NCBI GenBank assembly: GCA_013239625.1
Contig: MU054166.1
Span: forward strand, 219,035 to 283,034
DNA: 64,000 bases
DNA from: Lama guanicoe
Lineage: Eukaryota
Direction of reading: 5' to 3'
Part shown: piece by piece, positions 53,305-64,000 of the stretch
Position numbering within the stretch: the first letter of the stretch is position 1
How the letters are laid out: the number at the start of each line of letters is the position of its first letter
Translations under genes and position numbers: made by a program
The notes under the pieces: model-generated
The model's input: the letters and a program-made list of their open reading frames with translations, nothing else
The model's database searches: none
What the model was told of the DNA's origin: nothing

Positions 53305-56300
53305 TCAATACTTTGCATTCTTATCAACAGTGTCCACGGTGTTACTTTTTCTCCACAATCTCACCAACATCTATTTCTTTTCTTTTTGATGAGAACCTTC
53401 TGATAAGTTTGAGGTCTTGTCTCATTTTTGGTTTATGACATCGCTAATAATTTATAACTCTGAACACATTTTCATGTATTTTATAGCCAACTGTATGTTT
53501 TCTGAAGAAAATTGATTCAGATCTATGTATTCAGTTCCTATGGACATCTTTTTTAATTGTATTGTTTGCTATTTTTTGTTCTTGTTTTGGGGTAAGACTT
53601 TGCCATATATTTTGGATATTAACACTTGATTAGAAATTATCATTTGCAAATATATTCTCCCGTTGTGTTGGTTGACTGTTCATTTTATTGATCATTACTT
53701 CTGTAGTGTAAATCTGTTTAGTGTGACACAATCATATTTTGTTAGTTTTACTTCTGGTTCCCTTGCCAGAGGAGACATATGTAGAATCAAATTAAGTCCA
53801 AAATCAGAGTGTACTTGTTATGGTTTACCCTAGGATTCTTTGTTTTCAGGATTTGTTTCTTATGCCCAGGAGTGGGATTGCTGTGTCATATGATAGGTCT
53901 ATTTTTATTATTTAAAGTAACTTCCATACTGTATCCAAAGTGGTTTCATCAATTTTGATTCCCACCAACAGCATTGGAGAGTCCCTTTTTCTCCACAATC
54001 TCCCCAGTCTTTATTATTTGTAAGCATTTGGATGACAGCCCTTCTCAGTACTGTGAAGTAAAATATTATTTTATTTTTGTCTTGCCTTTGTATAATGATT
54101 AGCAAGGTGAGCACGTTTTTATGTTCCTGTTTGTCATCTGTGTGTCTTTTTTAGAGAATTGTCGTCTGCTCATATTCTGGCTGAGTTGTTTGTAGATTTT
54201 TGAAATGGTGTTGTATGAATGATTTTTGAATTTTAGAAATTAGCCTCTTGTTGATTGCATTGTTTCCTAATGTTTTCTCCCATTTGGAAATTCAACTTTT
54301 CATTTTGTTTATTTTGCTGTGTTGAAATTTTTAAGTTTATTTAGGACCTATTTGTTTATTTTACTTTTATTGTTTTCAGCTTGAGAGTGTGATATATGAA
54401 AAGTTTGCTACAACTTTTTTTTTGTTTTGCCTATGTTAGATTCCAGATGTTATATTGTGTCATGTATTAGATTCAGATATTTAAAACATTTTCAATTTAT
54501 TCTTGTACATTGAGAGGGATTGTTCTAATTTCATTGATTTACAGGTAGCTGTCTAGCTTTCTCAACATCACTTGCTGAAGACTGTCTTTAAGGCATTGCA
54601 TATATTTGTTTCCTTTGTCAGAGTTTAGTTGACCATTGTTGAGATGTTTTATTTTTGCCTCTGTGTTCTGTTCCAGTGATATTGATGTTTGTTTGTTTTC
54701 CAGTATTGTGCTGTTTTGATTACTGTATTTTTGTAATATAGTCTGAGATGTGGGAGGGTTATCGGTTATGCCTTCTTTGTTCTTTTTCCTCATTGTTTCT
54801 TTAGCAGTTCTGGTTCTTTTGCAGTTCCATCCGATTCATAGGAATGTTTTCAGTTATGTGAAAATATCATGTTGTTAGATATGAATTAATTTATATCTGT
54901 AGACATCTTTTGTGTTATGTATATTTTAACAATATTAATTCCTCTAAACTAAGACCTTGAGATTTCTTTCCATTTCTTTTCATTATCTTCATATTTATTT
55001 TTCAGTGTCCCATAGATTTTAGTGTCTTGGGTTTTCCATAGGTTTTTCATTTTTTGATCTGATTTCATCTGGATTTTTTAAAATTATGGAATATTTCATT
55101 GTTAGTTTATAGAAATGTGACAGTTTTTGTATATTAATCATGAACCATGCTAGTTTTCTAAACGTCTTTATTAGTTTTTGTTGTTCTGGTGTGGAGAATC
55201 TTTAGGGATCTCTATATATATTATCATGTCATCTAAAAAAATAGCAATTTTACTTCATTAAGTCCAACTTGAATAATTTTTTTCTTGTCCGATTGCTGTT
55301 GCTAGGACTTACCATACTGTGTTTAACAGAAATTTTGAGATTCAGCATCCTTGTCTTATTCCTCAAATTGTCTTTCAGTAATTCATTTTTGCATATTATG
55401 TTGTCTGTGGGTTTGTAAGTAATGACTTTAGTTATGTTGAGATATATTTCCTGAATGCTACTTTGGTAAGAGGTTTCTGTTGTTGTTGCTGTTGTTGTTG
55501 TTGCTGTTATTGCTGTAGTTGCTGTTTCAATGAATAAATGTTGAATTTTGTGAAATACTTTTTATGGATTTATTGGGAGGACCTCGTCTTTTTCTCTTTT
55601 CCTTTTGTTAATATGGTGTATCAAACTGATTGATTTGTGTAAGTTGAACTTCTCTTGTGACCCTGCAATGAATCCAAGTTGATCATGGTGTATGATTCAT
55701 TTTTGTTGTTGCTGGATTTAGTTTGCTAATAATATTTTGTAGAATTTTTGCATCTAAATCTATCAAATTTATTGGCTTGAAGTTCCCTTTGCCTGTGGTT
55801 TGCTTGTTGGCTTTGCTATCAGGTTTATGAATTCTTCATAGAATTAATTTGGGAGTTTCCCACATCTTCAATATTTTTGAATAGTTTGAAGATTATAAGT
55901 TCTGCTTTGTATTTTTGAACACTTCTCCACATGATTTGTTTAAATCTGCACTTCTATTTAATGAATTTTTAAAATGCAGATTCTTTCTTCTAGTAAACAG
56001 TTTGTTCAAATTATTTGTTTCTCCTTATCTCTGTCTCTTTCTAGACATTTGTCTATTTCTTATAAGTTGTCCACTTTATTCGAATGTAAGTGTTGAATAA
56101 ATGACCCCTTTTTTGTATATCTGAAGTAACTATTGTAATTTCTCTTATTTTATTCCTTACTTTAATTCTTTGCACCATCTCTCGTTTCTTCATGATGCAC
56201 CTGGCTATAGTTTTTTTTGATTTTGCATATTTTAAAAAGAAAACAAAAAAAATCTATGATTTTACTGCTCTTTTTGAGAGTTTTCTTTTCCTCTCTAATG

Positions 56301-56325
56301 TATATTTCACTTCTAATATTTAGGA
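53305..56325 (-). mobile_element. Stacked LINE-1 fragments
   Basis: Paralog of 19275-22280; (TTG)n at ~55478-55525. Confidence 0.85.
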
Positions 56326-56331
56326 TCATGC

Positions 56332-59300
56332 TTTTAAATTTTTTTAAGTTTTATTTATTGATTTAGAGTCATTTTACAAAGTTGTCTCCAATGCCAGCTT
56401 AGAGCACATTTTGCTGTTACAATGAGCAAATATATATTTGTTGTCCCATTTTTTCCACTGTGGGCTTCTTTAAGAACTTTTATATATTTCCCTGTGCTAT
56501 ACAGTGCAATCCTGTTTATATATTCTACAATTTAAATCTACCAGTCTATCTCTTCCCACCCACCGCCCCCTTGGCTAATAAAACCTTGTATTCTATGTCT
56601 GCGAGTCTATTTCTGTTTTGTATTTGTGCTTTTATCTTTTTATTTTGTTTTGTTTTTAGATTCCACTGTTGATCCATCTTATATGGTATTTTTCTTTCTC
56701 TTTCTGGCTTACTTCACTTAGACTGATTTTCTCCTGGACCATCCATGTTGCTGAAAATGGCATTATGTTTTCTCTTTATATGGCTTACCTGTATTCCATT
56801 GTATAAATATACCAACTCTTCTTTATCCAGTCAACTGTCGATGGATATTTAGGCTGTTTCCATGTCTTGGCTATTGTAAATATTGCTGGATATAAATATT
56901 GGGGTGCAGGTGTCAACCAGAAATAGGGTTCCTTCATTATTTATGGCCATGAGCGGGATTCCTGGGTCATGAGGTAAGTCTATTCCAAGGCTTTTGAGGA
57001 ACTTTCATCCTGTTTTCCACAGTAGCTGCACCAAATTGCATTACCACCAGCAGTGAAGGACGGTTCCCTTTTCTCCACATCCTCTCCAGCATTTGTCATT
57101 TGTGGATTTTTGAATGATGGCCATTCTGACGTGTGTGAGGTGATTCCTCATTGTAGTTTTGATTTGTATTTCTGTGATAATCAGTGATATTAAGCATTTT
57201 CTGATGTGCCTTTTGATCATTTGTATGTCTTCCTTGGAGAAATTCTTCTTTAGGTCTTCTGCCAATTTTTGCTTTGGGTGATCTATTTTTTCTTATTCAG
57301 TTGAATGCATTGCTCATATACTCTGGAGCTCAAGCCTTTGTCAGTTTCATATTCAGATACTTTCCCAATCCGCAGGTTTTTGTTTTACTTCCAGTTTCTT
57401 TACTGTGCAGAAGGTTGTATGTTTCATTAAGTCTCATTTGTTTATTCTTGCTTTTATTTTTTCTACGAAAAAATTTACAAGATGTATATCAGATACTGTT
57501 TTGCCTATATTTTCCACTAGGAATTTTATTGTATCTTGTCTTATGTATAAGTCTTTGATCCATTCTGAGTTTATTTTTGTGTATGGTGTTCTAGGTTCAT
57601 TGGGAGTGTTCTAGCTTCATTGATTTACATGCTGCTGTCCAGTTTTTCCAACACCAGTTGCTGAAGTGACTGTCTCTCTTCCATTGTATTTTCTTGCCTC
57701 CTTTGTCTAAGATTAATTGACCAAAAGTTTTCCGGTTTATTTCTGGGCTCTCTATTCTGTTGCATTGGCTTTATGTATCTTTTCCTACCAATGCAGTGCT
57801 GCCATGTGGTCTGTAATTCTTTAGTATTATCTGAATCGTTAGTGTTAAAAAATGCCACTGATTTTTGAACCTTAATCTTTTAACCTGCTTCATTGCTGAA
57901 TTCTTTGATCAGCTGTGGTATTTTTTGTCTGGATCTTGTAGGGTTTTCTCTATATAGTAACATATTATCTGCATATATTGAAACTTTAAACTCTTCATTT
58001 CCAATTTGCATCCCTTTTACTTCTTTCTCTTGATTGCTGTGGCCTGGACTTCCAAGACTATGTTGAGTAGGAGTGGTGATAGTCTGCACCCTTGTCTTGT
58101 CCCAGATTTTAGTGGGACGATTTTGTCTTTCTCAACTTTGAGTACTAAGCTGGCTGTAGGTTTGCAATCTATAGCTTTTATGATTCTGAGATATGTTGCC
58201 TCCATGCCCACTTTAGTGAAAATTTTTATCATAAGTGGGTGCTGAATTTTATGAAATGATTTTCCTACATCTATTGAGATGATCATGCCGTTTTGGTCCT
58301 TTGTCTTGTTGATGTGCTGTATTACATTGATTGATTTGCATATGTTGAACCACCCCTGTGTCCCTGTCATGGTACCCACTTGGTCATGATATACAATCTT
58401 TTTTCTCTGTTTTTGGATTCTATTCTCTACTATTTTGGTGAAGATATTGGCATCTGTGTTCATCAGGGATATTGGCTTATAATTGTCTTGTTAGGTATTG
58501 TCTATGCCTGGTTGTGGTTTCAGGGTAAATGTGGTTTCATTAAATGACTTTGGGAGTGTTCCTTCCTTTTCAGTGTTCTGGAAGAGTTTGAGAAGGACTG
58601 GTATGGGTTCTTCTATGCATGTTTGGTAGAATTCCGTAGTAAAGCCTTCTGGTTCTGGACTGTTATTTGTAGGGAGGTTTTATATTGCTATTTTGATTTC
58701 ATTTCTAGTGCTGTGTATGTTCAAGGGGTCAGTTGCTTCTTGATTCAGTCTTGGTGGACAGTATGTTTCCAGTAACTTGTCCATCTCCTCTAGGTTATCC
58801 AGTTTGGTTCAATATACTTTTCATAATATTCTCGTATGATATTCTGCATTTCTATTTTATTAGTTGCATATTCTCCATTCTCCTATCTTATTTTGCTAAT
58901 TTGTGCTCTCTCACTTTTCTTCCTTTTGAGTTTGTCCAGAGGTATACGATTTTACTTACTTTTTCAAAAAACCAGCATTTGATTGGTTGATATTTTTCCT
59001 ATGGTTTTTTTAACTCTATTTTATTTATATCCTCCCCAATATTTATGATTTCCTTCCTTCTGTTGCCTTTTGGGGTTTTTTGTTCTTCTTTTTCTAGTTC
59101 ATTCTACTGATGGGTTAAATTGTATATTTGTGATTGTTCTTCTTTTTTGAGGAAGGCCTGTATCACTATAAACTCCCCTCTCAACCCAGCTTTTACTGTG
59201 TCCCATAAATTTTGTGTGGTTTTGCTTTCATTTTTTGTCTCAAGGTACATTTTCATTTCAGCTTTGGTTTCTTCTTTGACCCATAGGTTTTTTAATAACA

Positions 59301-62300
59301 TATTGTATAATCCCCATGTTTTTCATTTGTTCTCCTTTGTTTCCCGGTTGATGATGTCTAGCTTGATGGCATTGTGTTCAATAAAGACGCTTCAGGTAAT
59401 GCCTATCTTCTTAATGTTTCTGAGGTTTCTTTTGTGCCCAAGTATTTCATGAATCCTGGAAAATAACCCATGTGCACTTGAAAAGAATATATATACTATT
59501 TTGTGGGGGGTGCAATGCTCTGAAAATATCTGCCAAGGGTAATATTTCTATTGTATTATTTAACTTCTCTGTTGCCTAATTTATTTTCTATCTCGATGAT
59601 TTTTCCAGTGATGTTAATGCAGTGTTGAAATCTCCAACTATGATTAAATTCTCATCATTATCCCCCTTTATATCTGTTAGTAATAATTTCATGTACTTAG
59701 GTAGTCCTCTATTTGGTGCATATGTACTAACGATTGTGCTATCCTCATATTTTATCACTCATTCAATCATTATAAAATATCCTTCCTTATCTTTCTTTAT
59801 GGCCTTTGGTTTAAAGACTGTTTTCTATGAAGTCAGTTCTGCAACACCTGATTTTTTGGCTTTTCTATTTGTATGGAATACCCTTTTCCAACCTTTCACT
59901 CTCAATGTATATGTTTCCTTCCCACTGAAGGGGGTCTCTTGTATGCAGCATGTTGAAGTTTCATGCTTTATTATCCAGCCTGCCACTCAATGACATTGAC
60001 TGGAGCAGAGCATTTTGCATTAACATTTACAATAATCGATGATATGTTTGTGTTTATTGCCATTTTGACCTTATCTTTGCAGTTGATTTGCTATTCCCTC
60101 TTTGTTCGTTTCATCTTCCTTTTTTGGCTTGGTCATTTTCCTTTGTATTATCATGAAATTTATTTAGTTTTAGTGACTCCCTGAATATGTTTTTGTCTTG
60201 TTTTTACCCTTTAAAATAAGTCAATTAGACTATTAGTACAACTGATTATATTAAACTGATAGTAACATGATCTCAAAACTATCCTACTGAGAAAAAGATA
60301 TTTTAAAAAGAAAGACCCCCCCCAAAATTTCCTATTTTCCTGCCTCCCTTTCCCACTCTCAAAGAATTGGATGTCTTGTTATCAAATTTTGTGTTTATTT
60401 TATTTGTTGTTCATGAGTTATCACCTTTCCAGGTGTGAGTTTCACATTTCTGTAGCATCCTGTTGCTTTTCTTTTTAGAGTAGACTTCTCAATATTTCTT
60501 TTAGCATGGGCCTACTGTTGCTAAACTCTTGTAGTTTTTTCTTGTCTGTGAAATGTTTTATGTCTCCTTAAACTGTAGAGGATAGCCTTTCTGGTTAAAG
60601 TGTCCTAGCGTATATCATTTATTTCATTTCGGACTTTGAATACATCTTTCCACTCCCTTCCGTTCTGTAGTATTTGTGTTGTGAAATCAGCTGTGAGCCT
60701 TATGGGGATTCACTTGTAACTCACTCTTTGCTCTTCTCTTGCTGCCTTTAGGATCATTATTTTATCTTTGACTCTGGCCATCTAAATTATAGGTCTTGGT
60801 GTGGGTTTATTTGAATTCTTCCTATTGGGACATTCTGAGCTTCCTGTACTTGGATATCTGATTCCTTCTTTAAGTTTGGAAGTTCTCAGTCATGATTTCT
60901 CCAAACACCTTTGCAATCACCTTTGATATTTCCTCCCCTTCTTGGAATTTTATCATGCCAAGATTGGCATGTTTTCTAATTATCCCATTCTTATGCTTTT
61001 TTCATTTGTTTCCCATTGTTTCTCTTGTAGCTCTCCTGATTGGGTGCTTTCTATTGTCCTGTCTTCTAGGTCACTAATTCATTCCTCTGCCTTATCTAGT
61101 CAGCTTTGTGACCACTTTAGATCATTCTTCATCTCAGTAAACGGGTTTACCTATTCTACTCGGCTCTTCTTTATAGCTTCCATATCATTTTTAACATATT
61201 TTATACCTCTGAACACTGTCTTTTATTTCCTTCAGTAATTTGATCACTCCTCTTTTGAAATCTGGATCTAGTATGCTATTGATATCTATTTCACTGATCA
61301 TTCTTTCAGGGGATTTCTCTTGTTCTTTTAATTGGAAATGGTTTGTCTGCTTCTTCATCATTCTCCTACCTCTCTGGCACTGTGGTTTATGGAGTATAAG
61401 TTATCTATTGTGGTCCTAAAGGAGTTTATCTACCTAATTCCTTTGTAGTATTACAACTTAAATAGAGAAAAAAGAGAGAGTGAGACAAAGAATTTTTAAG
61501 AAGTGGAAATAATTGTTTGAAGACATTGTATAATACATAATAGAAGATCAAGTTGAAGCAGAGATTTGATAATAAATAATAATAATAAAAATAGTTTTAA
61601 AAAATTTCAATTCAATTTAAAACGGGGTATATATAATTCCCTAAGAAGTAAAAATTAAGAGGCTAATACAAAATGGAACAGGCAAAAACAGATTAAAACA
61701 AGGTGGTGGTCAGTGTGTCCTGGAGACTGTGTACTTTTAATGTGAACTCTTCCTGTATTCATCCTGTTTTGGAATGTCAGCTTGCTTTTTCCAGAGGCCC
61801 TCTATTGGAGCCCTCATTTGTGCAGCTCCCAGGGCCTGATGGCAAGCAGATCACTCCTACTCCCAACACTGGTTCTGGAGCAGCTCTCTTTACTGTGGGC
61901 TGTCTTGTCACTGCCCTGACCGATGCCTCAGTCACATGTTTCAGACTAACCATGCATGAGTGGGCATCAAGCCCTCTCCCAGCCACATGGTCAGGGGCTG
62001 CGTTCCAGCCCAAAAATTGGCAGGCCATCAGCCCCTTAGGGTGCTGGTCTCTCCAATGCTATGTGCCCTGTCACTGGTCTGGGCCAAAACCCAGCTCCTT
62101 GTTTGCCTTGGCAGAGTAAGTTCTCTGAGAAAAAAGGACAGTAAGATCTTATCAGCCTCTGGCTGTAGACAAGTCCCCATCTGGCTCTTGATGCTGCTAA
62201 GTCCTTAGGAGTGAATGCAGGTTTTGCTCTCGCTGCTGCCAGGGTGCAAAGCACCAGAGGCTATGGTGGCTGTGTCTGAGCCCCAGCTCTCTTGTCCTAG

Positions 62301-62908
62301 ATACTTTTGTGGATTTTCAGAGATTCAGAATATACCTTTCCCCTCCCAGGGCTAGTCTGCCCTGTTGTTTAATGGAGGGCCCAGGTTGTTCTGCCCTGTG
62401 CACCCACAACAATGGCACACAGCCTGCTCCATTCCCCTGGGCTGCCTCAGTGCAACCATCCTCATCTTCCAACCAGATCGGGCAGCATGACCCTGCCCCA
62501 GCTGCCAGGATGCCTCTTGGGCTGGGTGTCACAGGGATCATTTGTGCCTGTTTAACTTATTACTGTCACTCAACTTATACTCTATAGGGTTCCAATTATT
62601 GAAGGCTTCCCCATCATCCTGCTGAACTCGCAGTTGTAGAGGGGAGACGCACTGAATGAGCACAAGGCCTTCTTTGGTGCTCCCTCCCTGTGGGACCTGT
62701 CCCAATCTGTTTTGTCTTTTAGTCTTTCTTTCTTCATTTTCTTTTAACAGATTATTTGCATTGTTATCTTTTGAAGAGGACAATGTACTATCAGAGTTCT
62801 GCAGTTTCTCTGGTTAGCTGAGTAGGTCTATGGATATGAGTCTTGGTACATTTGTGGGAAAGGGTGAGCTACGAACATCCTTCTGCTCCACCATCTTCGT
62901 TTCCCCCA
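56332..62908 (-). mobile_element. Near full-length LINE-1, decayed
   Basis: ORF 58017-58463 ([19 protein letters not shown]) is the L1 RT. ORF1 starts MKKQTNHFQLKEQEKSPER at ~61358. Same ORF2 deletion as unit A at ~57836. Confidence 0.93.
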
Positions 62909-62909
62909 C

Positions 62910-64000
62910 AAAAAGTCTCACTTTATTGGTGGAAGATAAACACAACCAGTAAATAGATGGAAAAGATGTTTCATGGAAATGACAAGAAAGTGCAGTTTGC
63001 AATGATCAACTCATACAAAATACATTTTAAAATAAGGGCCACAATGAAAGATAANNNNNNNNNNNNNNNNNNNNNNNNNNNNNNNNNNNNNNGTAAATAG
63101 ATGAAAAGATGTTTCATGGAAATGACAAGAAAGTGCAGTTTGCAATGATCAACTCATACAAAATACATTTTAAAATAAGGGCCACAATGAAAGATAAATA
63201 TGAGATTATGTAAAGAAGATGAGATCAATATAAAAATAGAGTATTACACTCATTAAAATATATATGGACCCAACAACATAGATCCTAAGTATAAAAAGAA
63301 ATAATAGTAGACATGAAGGAATTAATTCATTATAAAAAAATAATAGTAGATTAGTTTAACACCTCACTATTCTGATGGCCATATCATCCTGAAAGAATAT
63401 CTGTAAGGAAACAGAGGTTTTAATGACATATTAGATCATTTGAACCTAACTGAGTTATTGGACACTGCAACAGAAAAGGAGAATATATAAACTTCTCAAG
63501 TGTGCACAGGATTTTATCTAAGGAATTAACCACATATTATGTCATGAAATGAGCCTCAGGAACTTTAAGCAAATACAGATTACAGCAAGTATTTTTCCAT
63601 ACCCAAAATTATGAAACTATCCATCAACTCTTGAAAGAAGAACAGGAAATGCACAAACATGAGATTAAACCTCATCCTGTAAAAAAATAAAATAAAACAA
63701 GTTCAATGATGAAATCAAAGAGGTAATAAAATCATACATGGAGACAAATTACAATGAAAACACAGCTTCATCAAATGTATGGGATGCAGTAAAGGGAAAT
63801 ATAAGAGGGAAGTTTACAACAATTGAGGCCTTCTACAAGGAAAAAGAAAAATCTCACACAAAGCACAAAGCTTATCACCCAAAATAACTTGGTATAAGAA
63901 CAAACAATATGCAACAGCAGTAGAATGATAAATCTTTAATGATTATGTTGAAACTAAATAAAATAAAAATTAAAAATTAAATAAAAATTCATAAAATCAA
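62910..64000 (+). mobile_element. LINE-1 ORF2 endonuclease region
   Basis: Paralog of 28904-29829. Confidence 0.85.

Larger units (their letters stand above)
33969..64000. repeat. ~34-kb tandem amplicon, unit B (truncated by the window end)
   Basis: Colinear with 1..~29829. Four hand-aligned windows show 86-91% identity. Confidence 0.97.

Noticed and set aside
58017..58463. Reverse-transcriptase ORFs as a possible novel RT system
   Set aside because: These are ordinary fragmented LINE-1 ORF2 with many stops and frameshifts.
62949..63197. ~105-bp direct repeat on both sides of the N-gap (62949-63054 and 63093-63197)
   Set aside because: It is identical except for a 1-bp indel, abuts a gap and is single-copy in unit A, so it is most likely an unmerged contig overlap.
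1..64000. CRISPR arrays, tRNA/rRNA genes, prokaryotic operons, SINEs
   Set aside because: I recognised no repeat-spacer arrays or RNA-gene structures and no clear SINE. The sequence is mammalian and dominated by L1.

Overview
AT-rich mammalian genomic DNA from a draft assembly (7 N-gaps), most likely the male-specific Y chromosome. The window is about 1.9 copies of a ~34-kb head-to-tail amplicon: position 1 matches 33969 and ~29829 matches 64000. The copies are ~89% identical (58 differences in 543 bp counted by hand). Each copy has ~6.4 kb of non-repetitive DNA carrying a two-exon HSFY (heat-shock factor, Y-linked) gene on the minus strand. Both HSFY copies are pseudogenes, and every visible disabling lesion is private to one copy. 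Most of the rest is stacked, decayed LINE-1 (including one near full-length L1 per unit), plus a solo LTR and microsatellites. The L1 3' ends suggest a cetartiodactyl, possibly a camelid (from memory, low confidence). There is no intact protein-coding gene, and I found no convincing new biological system. The most notable points are the independent decay of the two HSFY copies, a shared CRE/CCAAT/RFX promoter module and uORF, a 184-bp near-identical tract at an LTR deletion breakpoint, a conserved downstream candidate exon, and a transversion-rich difference spectrum.
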